From NCBI GenBank assembly GCA_016929525.1, contig JAFGIP010000008.1:34749-98748 (forward strand): a stretch of 64,000 nt of DNA. The letters are read 5' to 3'. Of the stretch, positions 1 to 9,944 are shown piece after piece. This DNA comes from Bacteroidales bacterium (lineage in GTDB: Bacteria; Bacteroidota; Bacteroidia; Bacteroidales; UBA10428). Position 1 is the stretch's first letter. Every line of letters begins with the position of its first letter. Position numbers and translations under genes: made by a program. A model generated the notes under the pieces. It was not told the origin of the DNA and made no database searches. It saw only the letters and a program-made list of their open reading frames with translations.

Positions 1-464
1 CCACCGAATGTTTTTTCCAGGTATTTGGCTCCTTCCTGGACAGAAAGTCTGCCGGCAATTTCACTCATGGGTTTCAGACAGGGAAGATGGCCTTCTTCGT
101 CTTCAATGGTTTCATAGGCTACTCCTTTTACTTCTTTCTCCAACAGAATATCGGTTAACTCGCGGCCTGCTGCCAGATGAAGATAAGTATACAGTATCTG
201 ATCTCTTCGCAGAAGCGGATATTCTTCGGGAACTGGTTCTTTCACTTTTATTATCATTTCACATTCGGCGAATATCTCCTTACTGATTTCGCGTATAGCT
301 GCCCCTGCCTGCCTATAAAGTTCATCTTCGAAACCTGCTGCCAAACCTGCATTCTTTTCAATAAATACCTGGTGACCGCGTGTGATATACGATTTTACAT
401 CGGAAGGAATGAGTCCTACGCGATATTCATGTTTCTTAATTTCTTTTACACAACCAACTTTCAT
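1..464 (-). CDS. ald: Alanine dehydrogenase, N-terminal part (runs off the window start)
   Basis: Manual translation from ATG at 464: MKVGCVKEIKKHEYRVGLIP...MIIKVKEP...YTYLHLAA...AYETI...LKPMSEIAGRLSVQEGAKYLEKTFGG, the classic AlaDH N-terminal motifs. Absent from the ORF track because it is truncated. Confidence 0.95.
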   Translation of the reverse strand, partial: MKVGCVKEIKKHEYRVGLIPSDVKSYITRGHQVFIEKNAGLAAGFEDELYRQAGAAIREISKEIFAECEMIIKVKEPVPEEYPLLRRDQILYTYLHLAAGRELTDILLEKEVKGVAYETIEDEEGHLPCLKPMSEIAGRLSVQEGAKYLEKTFG

Positions 465-660
465 AACTGTACAATTTTATGAATGCTGGTGAAAAAGTAA
501 TATTTTTTACAGAATTATGAATTGATTAAAGTCAGTATTTGGCTTTTAACCGACTGCACTGATCTTAAACATTTATTTTCAATATTCAGTTTCCAGTATG
601 CAGTGTAAACGTCATGCTATAGAAGATAAACAGTGCTAAAGAGCCGTGATAAAAGAATAT

Positions 661-2349
661 TTACTCCTTTGAATACTGACAACAGGGAGGTAACTTGTCA
701 TACACTTCCTGTGGTGCTGTTTCCATTTCAGTATCATGGCCGGCTTTCGCTATTGCTTTATGAATATTACCCAGTGATGCCTTATCCTTGTTATAAGAAA
801 GATGGATCCGTTTTGTATCGACATCCCAAAAGGCACTGTTAACACCTGCAACAGATTTTGCAGCTTTCTCTATACGATTCTTGCACATTTCGCAGTTGCC
901 GGATACCTTAAACATAGTGTGCTCAAGGCTTGCTGTCATCTTATGATCTGCATGCTCATCATCGGCGTTCATTTTTATCTCAGCATGATCAGAAAGATCT
1001 TCTTTCTTATCGCTACTCATATTCTTACCTTCATGATTATGCATGGTTGATACTGTGACTCCTTCAGACTTGTCATCTGAAGTTTTAACGGGAGATGGAT
1101 TCATCATACTGGGTTTTCCTTCCAGTTGTGAGGCAGCATCAATTTTAAACACCCCATTTACAGCAATTTCCTCACCTTCAGAAAGACCCTCTTTTACCAC
1201 ATAAAATTCCCCTGCTTCCGGTCCCGGAATTATTTCTCTGTATTTGAAAGTTGTTTGCTCACGTCCGGGAACCTTAACATATACAACAGAACGCTTACCC
1301 GTCCATAAAATAGCAGTCTTGGGTATTAAAAGATCCTTTTTGCCACCCGATGTCTTTGGTCTGATAACCCCGTTTGTAAACATTTCGGGTTTTAACTCAA
1401 GTTTTTGATTACTTACCTCAACTCTAACATTGGCCACCCTGGTATTTGGGTTGAGGAACGGGTCAATATAGGTTACTTTTCCTTTAAAGACTTCTCCCGG
1501 CAGCGATTGTACCGTGAATTCCACATTATCACCAATACTCAGCCATGGAAGGTCACTTTCATATGCTTCAAACATCACCCAAACCTTTCTAAAGTTGATT
1601 ACCTGGAACAGGACATTTCCTTCTTTTACATAATCTCCTACAGCAACATGGCGCATTGTGACAGTACCTGAGATAGGAGAAAGAACATCGAAGTAATTTT
1701 GAGGTTCACCTACATTTTCTATTCCATCAATCTGTTCTTCGGTTAAATCCCATAGTTTTAACTTATTTCGGGCAGCCCTGTAAAAAGCCGGATTTGTTAC
1801 TTTATAATCTATTGCTTCAAGTAACTCCTTTTGAGCAGTTACCAGTTCAGGAGAGTAAACGGTTGCCAGTTTCTCCCCTTTATTCACATTCTGACCGGTA
1901 AAGTTTACAAACAATTTTTCTATTCTTCCTCCAAAGCGGGCAGTGAGTTCAGCAATATTTCTTTCGTCAGGTTTTACTTTTCCAAGAAGGTGTACTTCTT
2001 TATTTGAGTAATCCCTTCTTACCTTCATCGTCTGTATTTCTGCTAATTTCATTGCTGATTCGCTCATCTGAATTTCATCCGGGTCAACGCTTTCATCGTT
2101 ATTTGACACAGACTTCAGCGGAATTAAATCCATGCCGCAAATAGGGCATTCCCCGGGTTCATCCTTCCTGATCTGAGGATGCATGGAGCATGTCCATATG
2201 GTTTCTTCGGCATGTTCCGTATGCTCGTGTAGTGCTTCTGTTTTTTCGTCAGAGTGGTGAAAAAATAACCAGCCGAATAAAAGTCCGATTATCAGTACTA
2301 TTGCATAATTCCTGATATTCTTTTTATCAATATTTATCTTAGTTTTCAT
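661..2349 (-). CDS. cusB: CusB-like RND periplasmic adaptor with N-terminal heavy-metal-binding domain and C-terminal HMA domain
   Basis: WTCSMHPQI...CPICGMDL metal-binding motif, membrane-fusion core (GRIEKLFV, YSPELVTAQKE, LKPEMF), His-rich linker, C-terminal GNCEMC HMA motif and terminal PPCC. Confidence 0.9.
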   Translation of the reverse strand: MKTKINIDKKNIRNYAIVLIIGLLFGWLFFHHSDEKTEALHEHTEHAEETIWTCSMHPQIRKDEPGECPICGMDLIPLKSVSNNDESVDPDEIQMSESAMKLAEIQTMKVRRDYSNKEVHLLGKVKPDERNIAELTARFGGRIEKLFVNFTGQNVNKGEKLATVYSPELVTAQKELLEAIDYKVTNPAFYRAARNKLKLWDLTEEQIDGIENVGEPQNYFDVLSPISGTVTMRHVAVGDYVKEGNVLFQVINFRKVWVMFEAYESDLPWLSIGDNVEFTVQSLPGEVFKGKVTYIDPFLNPNTRVANVRVEVSNQKLELKPEMFTNGVIRPKTSGGKKDLLIPKTAILWTGKRSVVYVKVPGREQTTFKYREIIPGPEAGEFYVVKEGLSEGEEIAVNGVFKIDAASQLEGKPSMMNPSPVKTSDDKSEGVTVSTMHNHEGKNMSSDKKEDLSDHAEIKMNADDEHADHKMTASLEHTMFKVSGNCEMCKNRIEKAAKSVAGVNSAFWDVDTKRIHLSYNKDKASLGNIHKAIAKAGHDTEMETAPQEVYDKLPPCCQYSKE

Positions 2350-2366
2350 TTTAATCTTTTTATACT

Positions 2367-3617
2367 TTAATTACCCATCAAATAATTTATAAATGCTATA
2401 GAAGCATTCAGGTCGCTTCTTGATTTTTCAAGTTCCAGGCTGTGCATCAGTACCTGTCTTTCCATTCGCAGGATTTCTTCGAAATTCTTAACATTGGTGG
2501 CATATTCCGATTCCAGAATTCTAAGTGCTTTTTGGGCAAGTTCAAGTTGCTTATTATGTAAGTCTAATCTTCTTTTGGAATCCTGATAATCTGTATTTGC
2601 CTGTTCGTATGCAGATTCCAGAATATTCATTTTATCAATCTTTTTATTGTGAGCTGCTTCCTGCATATAAACTGCCTCTTTTATCATTGAAGTATATTTT
2701 TTTCTGTACAGAGGTATGCTGATGCCAACCATTGGAAGAATAACGGCATCTCTGCCGGATTCATCTGGCGGTGTCATCCCGTTAGAAGACTTTCCTATAA
2801 AAATGTAGTCAAATCCTACAGTAAATTCAGGCTTGCCCATTTTTCTGGCTACAATTTGCTGATATTCATAAGATGCCTGCTGGAATTCAAGACTTAGTAT
2901 CTGGTGGTTATTCATCCTGATACTATCAAGCAATGCCCTGCGGTCCGGATTTAACTGATCAGTCATCAATAAATCAGGGATAACAACTTCTCTTGATTCA
3001 TCAACATTCAGCAGATTGTTAAAAGCGATCTTTTGTGAATTTAATTTATCCAGCAGCAGATAAAGCTGGTTTTCCATATCAAGGATTTCCATCTCTACCC
3101 TCAGTTCATCAACTGCAGATCCTTTCCCTGCTTCAATTTTTACAAGGGCAAGTTTTTGAAATGTGTTAAGTATATCTATATTTTCCCTTGTAATATCGAT
3201 GGCACGTTGCGTGAAATAGAGATTATACCACGTTGATTTTACATCGTAATATAGCCTGGACTTTGCATCCTCAAACAATTCAAATTTAGCTTTTGCCATT
3301 TCGGTTGCAACATCTTTACCGGCACCAAGGGTTCCAAACCAGGGAAACATCTGGCTCACACTTATCCTTGCCTGTTGCGGCCCAACCCTGGTTTCAACAG
3401 GTTGTATAAAGTATCCGAATGCTAATTTTGGATCAGGTAAAGATCCCGCCTGTGGTAATTTTTCCAGTGCAGCCATGTATTCATTAAACTTAGCCTGCAG
3501 TCCGGGATTATTCCCGGCAGCAGTTATGAGGTAGTTATCAAGCTCATTCTGTGCCGCAGAAGTGAGACTAAGAATGAGTATGGTACCTGTTATAATATTA
3601 TTCTTCATGTTTTTCAT
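2367..3617 (-). CDS. TolC/CusC-family outer membrane efflux protein
   Basis: Signal peptide, NNPGLQA, LPDP, SQMFPWFG, ISIPLY motifs; lies between cusA and cusB. Confidence 0.9.
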   Translation of the reverse strand: MKNMKNNIITGTILILSLTSAAQNELDNYLITAAGNNPGLQAKFNEYMAALEKLPQAGSLPDPKLAFGYFIQPVETRVGPQQARISVSQMFPWFGTLGAGKDVATEMAKAKFELFEDAKSRLYYDVKSTWYNLYFTQRAIDITRENIDILNTFQKLALVKIEAGKGSAVDELRVEMEILDMENQLYLLLDKLNSQKIAFNNLLNVDESREVVIPDLLMTDQLNPDRRALLDSIRMNNHQILSLEFQQASYEYQQIVARKMGKPEFTVGFDYIFIGKSSNGMTPPDESGRDAVILPMVGISIPLYRKKYTSMIKEAVYMQEAAHNKKIDKMNILESAYEQANTDYQDSKRRLDLHNKQLELAQKALRILESEYATNVKNFEEILRMERQVLMHSLELEKSRSDLNASIAFINYLMGN

Positions 3618-6600
3618 TTCTTAAAATATTTTTCACCTTTTTCTCTTGCCACATGCTATATAACACCGGGACCACGAATATTGTGAGTACCTGTATGATC
3701 ATACCTCCGAATGAAGGAATAGCCATAGGCACCATTATATCCGAACCTTTACCAGTTGATGTTAGAACCGGAATAAGAGCAATAATAGTTGTTGCTGTTG
3801 TCATCATTGCAGGACGCACCCTGATCTGACCAGCCTCGAGAACAGCGTTTCTCACTTCACTAACTGATGCCGGTTTATTTCTTTCGAATATCTGCATCAG
3901 GTACGTAGCTATTAAAACACCATTATCGGTTGCGATTCCAAATAGTGCTATAAAGCCCACCCAGACTGCAACACTTAAATTAATCGTATGCATCTGGAAC
4001 ATCTCACGAAGTCCAATTCCGGCAACATTGAAGTTCATGAACCAGTGTTGCCCGTAAAGCCAGATCATAATAAATCCACCTGTGAAAGCAACGATTATTC
4101 CTGTAAAGATCATAGATGATGTAGTGACCGATCTGAACTGGAAATACAAAATCAGAAATATTATAATGAGTGAAACGGGAACAACCAACATTAATCGTTT
4201 GGTTGCCCTGATCTGATTTTCATAATTCCCGGTAAAAACATAACTGACACCTTTTGGAATTTTGAATTCACCGTAGTTTATTTTTTCATTTAAATATTTC
4301 TGCGCATTTACAACAACGTCAACTTCTGCCTGACCTTCCTTTTTGTCAAAGATCACATAACTCACAAGAAATGTACCTTCACTTTTTATAAGCTGCGGAC
4401 CACGCACGTAAGTAATATCAGCCAGTTCGCCAAGAGGGATCTGAGCACCTGTCGGAGTTGGTATGAGAACATTTTCCAGATCGTCGGGATTATCCCTGTA
4501 CTCTCTTGCATATCGTGCCCTGATCGGGAAACGTTCTCTGCCTTCGACCGTAGTACTTAGTTTCATTCCTCCGATCGCCCCGCTTAAATAAGTATTCATA
4601 TCCTGAATTGTCAAACCATATCTTGAAATAGTTTTTCTATTGATTTTAATTTCAAGGTAAGGTTTTCCAACTACCCTGTCGGCAAATACAGAAGCAGGCT
4701 CAATGCCGGAAACCTGTTTAAGATAGTTTTCAAGCTTATATCCAACCTCCTCGATAGTCTTCAGATCGGGTCCAAAAACTTTAATCCCCATAGGAGCCCG
4801 CATACCGGTTTGTAACATGACCAGTCTAGTTTGTATAGGCTGTAACTTTGGTGCAGAAGTTAAACCCGGAACCTTTGATTTCTGTACAATCTCATCCCAG
4901 ATATCATCAGGAGATTGTATATGATCACGCCACTGACGAAAGTATTCACCCTTTTTATCTACAATTAATTGACTGATATCAATTTCTCTGAATTCATCGG
5001 TTTTCGGATTGTATGTTGATCCGTCTTTAAACATAAAGGATTCGTCTTTATCAACCTTAAAACGTAAGCGATGACCATTCTCATTGACCACGTACTCCGG
5101 TTTATAGTTGATAACATTCTCAAACATGGATATCGGAGCCGGATCAAGTGCCGAATTAACCCTTCCCCACTTGCCTACAACACTTTCTACTTCAGGAATA
5201 GAATTAACATTTAAGTCAACCTGCCTTATTACTTCAATATTTTCCCCGATACCGGAATGCGGCATCGTTGTGGGCATGAGCAAAAACGACCCTTCATCTA
5301 ATGATGGCATAAACTCCTTTCCTGTACCGGGAAAAACTTTTTCAAAGGATTGCCACGCCCTTAATGATTTTAATTTATCGGGTAAAAATCCAAAAAGCCT
5401 GTCTGCTCCCTGCCAGGTTAGTATTCCGAATAAAACAACTACAATCGGTATGCTTAAGAATTTCCATTTGTTATTCAGGCACCATTGCAAGATTCGCGTG
5501 TAATAACGTACAATCATCATTAGTGCCCCTAATACAACAGCGATGATCGCTACCACAAACAAGAAATTCATGAGCAAGCTGTTACCAGCACCAAGAGGCA
5601 TCCATTCACGAGTGAGAAAATACACAACAACCATTAACGTAACAGCTATGTTAATATAGTTGGTGTACTGTTTTTTACCATCAGGCCATTTGTAAGACAA
5701 GAAATTGTTAGCGGCAAGGACAATGAGCGCTGCCGGCAGTAATGAAGGTGTTATAATTATTGCCACCACACCAAAAACCGCTAACCCTGCACTTATATAC
5801 CGGATGGTCTTTTGCTTATTAAACTTTACCGAGAATATTAAATGAGCCAGTGTTGGAATGATTATCAGTCCAATGACTAATGCCGATAACATTGCAAAAG
5901 TCTTGGTAAAGGCCAGAGGTTTGAAAAGTTTTCCTTCAGCAGCCTGCATGAAGAATACGGGCAGGAAGCTCACTACTGTTGTGGTAAGTGCTGTTATTAC
6001 GGCAGATGCAACTTCAGTCACCGCATCATATATCACGATTAACAACTGCTTTCCTTTTACTCCGATATTTTGGGTCATATCCAGATGCCGAATGATATTT
6101 TCCGTGAACACGACCCCCACATCAACCATCACTCCTATGGCAATGGCAATACCCGACAAGGCAACAATATTGGCATCCACACCGAACCGGCGCATAATAA
6201 TAAAAGTCATTAGCACACCAATAGGCAACAGACTTGATATTAAAAATGATGCTCTCAGATTAAGTACCAGGATGATCACTACAATAATACTTATAAGTAT
6301 TTCCAGTGATAAAGCTTCTTCCAGTGTACCAAGCGTTTCTTTTATCAGTCCCGTTCGATCGTAAAATGGTACTACAGTCACTTTTGAAACAGTTCCATCA
6401 TCCAGAATCTTTGATGGCAGTCCGGGCTCAATTTCAGCAATTTTAGCTTTGACATTGTTAATTACTTCCAGAGGATTAGCACCATACCTCGCGACAACAA
6501 CACCGCCTACAGCTTCTGCACCATCTTTGTCAAGACCACCACGACGTGTTGCCGGGCCATAATTTACAACTGCAACATCCTTAATCCTGACAGGTACATT

Positions 6601-7410
6601 ATCTTTAACCGCGACAACGCTTTCTTCCAGATCACTGATATTTTTTATATATCCCAATGATCTTACCAGGTATTCAGCCCGGTTAAACTCTATTGTTCTG
6701 GCACCAATATCAAGGTTACTTTTTTTAACAGCCTGCAGTATCTGTGCAACATTAACTCCATATGCCTTCATGGCATTTGGGTCGATATCGACCTGGTACT
6801 CTTTTACAAATCCACCTATGGACGCAACTTCAGCCACACCTTTGGCAGAGGTTAGTGAGTAACGCACATAGAAATCCTGTATCGTTCTAAGTTCATGCGG
6901 GTCCCAGCCACCAGCCGGCTTTCCGTGTTTATCCCTCCCTTCCAGAGTATACCAGTAAATCTGTCCCAAAGCTGTTGCATCAGGACCTAGAGAAGGGTTA
7001 ACATCGTCAGGTAATGTGCCGGCCGGAAGTGAGTTTAACTTCTCGAGAATGCGGGTACGGCTCCAGTAAAATTCAATATTCTCTTCGAAGATGATATAAA
7101 TACTGGAAAGTCCGAAAATGGAATTGCTTCTGATTGTTTTTACACCAGGGATTCCTAGAAGGGCTGTAGTAAGCGGATAAGAAATCTGATCTTCGATATC
7201 CTGTGGTGATCTTCCGGGCCATTCGGTAAAAACTATTTGCTGGTTTTCTCCAATATCAGGAATAGCATCTACGGGAACAGGATCTCGTAGTATCAACCCT
7301 GATTCCCAGTTAAAAGGTGCATTAGCAATTCCCAACAGAATGAAGATGGAAAGCACTATAAATGTCACCAGTTTATTTTCCAAAAAGAATTTTATGATCT
7401 TATTCAACAT
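3598..7410 (-). CDS. cusA: CusA/CzcA-family heavy-metal RND permease
   Basis: VDAIPDIGENQQIVFTEWPGRSP, LGPDATALG, LSGIAIAIGVMVD, RVRPAMMT motifs. ATG at 7410 preferred over TTG at 7428. Confidence 0.93.
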   Translation of the reverse strand: MLNKIIKFFLENKLVTFIVLSIFILLGIANAPFNWESGLILRDPVPVDAIPDIGENQQIVFTEWPGRSPQDIEDQISYPLTTALLGIPGVKTIRSNSIFGLSSIYIIFEENIEFYWSRTRILEKLNSLPAGTLPDDVNPSLGPDATALGQIYWYTLEGRDKHGKPAGGWDPHELRTIQDFYVRYSLTSAKGVAEVASIGGFVKEYQVDIDPNAMKAYGVNVAQILQAVKKSNLDIGARTIEFNRAEYLVRSLGYIKNISDLEESVVAVKDNVPVRIKDVAVVNYGPATRRGGLDKDGAEAVGGVVVARYGANPLEVINNVKAKIAEIEPGLPSKILDDGTVSKVTVVPFYDRTGLIKETLGTLEEALSLEILISIIVVIILVLNLRASFLISSLLPIGVLMTFIIMRRFGVDANIVALSGIAIAIGVMVDVGVVFTENIIRHLDMTQNIGVKGKQLLIVIYDAVTEVASAVITALTTTVVSFLPVFFMQAAEGKLFKPLAFTKTFAMLSALVIGLIIIPTLAHLIFSVKFNKQKTIRYISAGLAVFGVVAIIITPSLLPAALIVLAANNFLSYKWPDGKKQYTNYINIAVTLMVVVYFLTREWMPLGAGNSLLMNFLFVVAIIAVVLGALMMIVRYYTRILQWCLNNKWKFLSIPIVVVLFGILTWQGADRLFGFLPDKLKSLRAWQSFEKVFPGTGKEFMPSLDEGSFLLMPTTMPHSGIGENIEVIRQVDLNVNSIPEVESVVGKWGRVNSALDPAPISMFENVINYKPEYVVNENGHRLRFKVDKDESFMFKDGSTYNPKTDEFREIDISQLIVDKKGEYFRQWRDHIQSPDDIWDEIVQKSKVPGLTSAPKLQPIQTRLVMLQTGMRAPMGIKVFGPDLKTIEEVGYKLENYLKQVSGIEPASVFADRVVGKPYLEIKINRKTISRYGLTIQDMNTYLSGAIGGMKLSTTVEGRERFPIRARYAREYRDNPDDLENVLIPTPTGAQIPLGELADITYVRGPQLIKSEGTFLVSYVIFDKKEGQAEVDVVVNAQKYLNEKINYGEFKIPKGVSYVFTGNYENQIRATKRLMLVVPVSLIIIFLILYFQFRSVTTSSMIFTGIIVAFTGGFIMIWLYGQHWFMNFNVAGIGLREMFQMHTINLSVAVWVGFIALFGIATDNGVLIATYLMQIFERNKPASVSEVRNAVLEAGQIRVRPAMMTTATTIIALIPVLTSTGKGSDIMVPMAIPSFGGMIIQVLTIFVVPVLYSMWQEKKVKNILRNEKHEE

Positions 7411-7518
7411 ATCTTTTGTATTTGGCAATTATTCTTTATTATGAAAATTGACTAAGATGAATATGCAACAGGGTAACAGATAATCATATTACCTTGCAAA
7501 ATCAGTTAAGCAGAATAA

Positions 7519-7893
7519 TTAACACAGAAACGTCTGGAAAAAGGAAAGAATGTTTTTAGAAATTTTTGCCGGAGGCGGATGTTTGTATTCTATAACAGAA
7601 TTTTCACTTCCCTGCAAATTAATATCGTTAAAAATGAAAAATACAGGAGTCAGCAGATCCTTCTCAACTATTTTACAGTCATCAGCAATTAAAGGCTCTA
7701 CATATTTATCTTTCACTTCAATGTGGAAGGTTATATCCTCACAGCAACCTACCATGTTACAACACGATCTTGTTTCGCTGTTAACGGATGCGGAAACCAG
7801 TTTCCCCCCACAATAATGCATAGATAGTGTTATTCCGGTAGTTGCTGCCAGAAGAAGAATAACCAAAACAATATGTATTGTTTTTCTAAGCAT
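7519..7893 (-). CDS. HYC_CC_PP family protein (small, metal-locus-associated)
   Basis: N-terminal hydrophobic segment, MHYCGG, two CC pairs, C-terminal HPPP; first gene of the heavy-metal efflux operon. Confidence 0.8.
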   Translation of the reverse strand: MLRKTIHIVLVILLLAATTGITLSMHYCGGKLVSASVNSETRSCCNMVGCCEDITFHIEVKDKYVEPLIADDCKIVEKDLLTPVFFIFNDINLQGSENSVIEYKHPPPAKISKNILSFFQTFLC

Positions 7894-8033
7894 TATTTTA
7901 TTGAAGCTTAAAATATAACGTTTTAGAAATTAAAATGTTTAAATCTGAATTAAATTAACACATATTTAACCCAGATTATTGAAAATATTTTTTTAATTAT
8001 ACTATAGAATATCTTATCAATTTCTAAATATTG

Positions 8034-9005
8034 TTAATCCCTTAGGCATCGCACTGAAAATCCATTCCATTTCTCTATACTGCCACGATATACATATTTG
8101 TAGCCATCGTCCATAGCCCTATACCAACCATCGTTTTCACCGTCTTCAGTAGAACTCCACCAGTAACCCTTTCTGTCTACGCCCCCGTATCCACCACCAG
8201 CACGACGGCCAGCAGGAAGAGCTGTAAATCCATAATCATCCGTCCCGCTATATCCATAGAGCCATCTGTTTTCAGCTTTTAGCGCTGTACCTTCAGTGCC
8301 TTCATGCCCATCAGCTGCAACGTATTCAATTAATTGAGTCCATTCTTCATCAGTTGGTACATGCCAACCTTCAGGACATAAATTGCACTCGCTAACCGCG
8401 TACCAGTTGTAAAGTGCCCCATATGAATCGTCATTGCTCGTCCCATAATAATGCCAACAAAAAGCTCCTGAAGTCGAGGTGTACCAGGTAAAGTCATCCA
8501 AATATTGATCTGTTGGATAAAAGACAGGGCCTGCAATAGGAGTACCATCCCTGTACTTGGTTGTTTTAAGATTTTCTTTTAACCATGACTGGTTTCCTAT
8601 TTTAACAATATGATATCCATTGCCATCAATATCTAATACTCCATCAAGAGTAACAAATGAAACAGCAGCGCCATAACCTGTACCAACATCGTTTGTTGCA
8701 TAGGCTCTTACATAATAATTTGTGTTGGGCTGTAAAGCGGTTAAAGTGCTGATAAATGCACCTGTTCCATAACCATCATTTGTTTTACTATCAGATATTG
8801 TAGGATTGGAGTTCGTACTCCAGCAAATTCCACGTTCATTAATCGGAGAACCTTCATCTGAAGTAATATTTCCTCCACAGGTCGCTGTATTTACGTCAAT
8901 GTTACTGACAGGCGAAGTTGTTATTGAGGGAATTCTATCATTCTTTTCACATGCAAAAATTGTCAGGATGAAACCTGTAACTAAAAATAGGGTCTTTATT
9001 TTCAT
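8034..9005 (-). CDS. Lipoprotein with FN3-like domain and Fibrobacter succinogenes major paralogous (FISUMP) domain
   Basis: Lipobox IFAC; YYVRAYATN; DIDGNGY..IGNQSWLKENL, YGALYNWYA, CPEGWHVPT, YWWSST, GFSVRCLRD. Confidence 0.88.
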   Translation of the reverse strand: MKIKTLFLVTGFILTIFACEKNDRIPSITTSPVSNIDVNTATCGGNITSDEGSPINERGICWSTNSNPTISDSKTNDGYGTGAFISTLTALQPNTNYYVRAYATNDVGTGYGAAVSFVTLDGVLDIDGNGYHIVKIGNQSWLKENLKTTKYRDGTPIAGPVFYPTDQYLDDFTWYTSTSGAFCWHYYGTSNDDSYGALYNWYAVSECNLCPEGWHVPTDEEWTQLIEYVAADGHEGTEGTALKAENRWLYGYSGTDDYGFTALPAGRRAGGGYGGVDRKGYWWSSTEDGENDGWYRAMDDGYKYVYRGSIEKWNGFSVRCLRD

Positions 9006-9944
9006 TGTTAATTATTTTTATGTAAGAAAATGTTAAGTTTATTATTGCTTACATCCCGTTATTTTCTACATGTATTTTAGTCAATGTTAAGTTATTAGAA
9101 ATTTTAATAACTGCGAAAATTACGAATTAATAGCAAATTAATAAAATATTTTAATTTTCAAATTAACTTACCTATCAGTTCTGAACTTAGACATGAATTT
9201 CATAATACCAGTAACTGGAAAAATCAGACTTTCCATCTGGTTTCTATACAGATATACTCAAAAAAAGGATCATTCTTTTATCATTTCTTCTGGTGCAATA
9301 AATCTGATTATCTGTTCGCCACCAGAGGTTAAGGTTAAAGTCATCCTGGAAAAGAAATTAGAAGGATATATTTAAATACTCCGCATCTGATAAAAGATAT
9401 AAAGTATATATATTATTTAAAAAAGAAACCACTTGAACAATTAATGAACATTCCCGCTGTGCTCTGTTGCAGTAACCAGTCATAGTGCATAAAACAGACA
9501 TACGGGGTATCAGGAATAATTATTTGTTTCGCCCCAGATCCTCGGGAGAGTAGTTTCAGCGCTCGCGGAAGGAGCGGGATATAATATCCTTTAAAAACCG
9601 TAAATATTTTAACCCGGAGGGCGGGTATGCATATCATTTTGTAGTTAATAGATAAAGAGAGGGAGTTTATGACCGCACATATTATTAATTTTTTCACGAT
9701 AATATACCATAACGTCGAATTGACAAAAATCCTTAACTTAACTTTTTTTTCATTATTTTTTCAGACTATCAAGTAATCCCATTTCACTATGAAGCATGTT
9801 ATTAAGTTTTTATTGGGAGCCCTGATTTTTTTTAATTTGAAAAGTTATATGCAGGATTGGGATAAGGTAGTAACAGGTTATAAAAGAGATGACTTCTAAA
9901 CATAAATAATCAATTTCATGATATTCTGAAAACAATTTAGGAAA

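Noticed and set aside
9193-9375. 60-aa plus-strand ORF
   Set aside because: No convincing family motif; may be a gene remnant or spurious.
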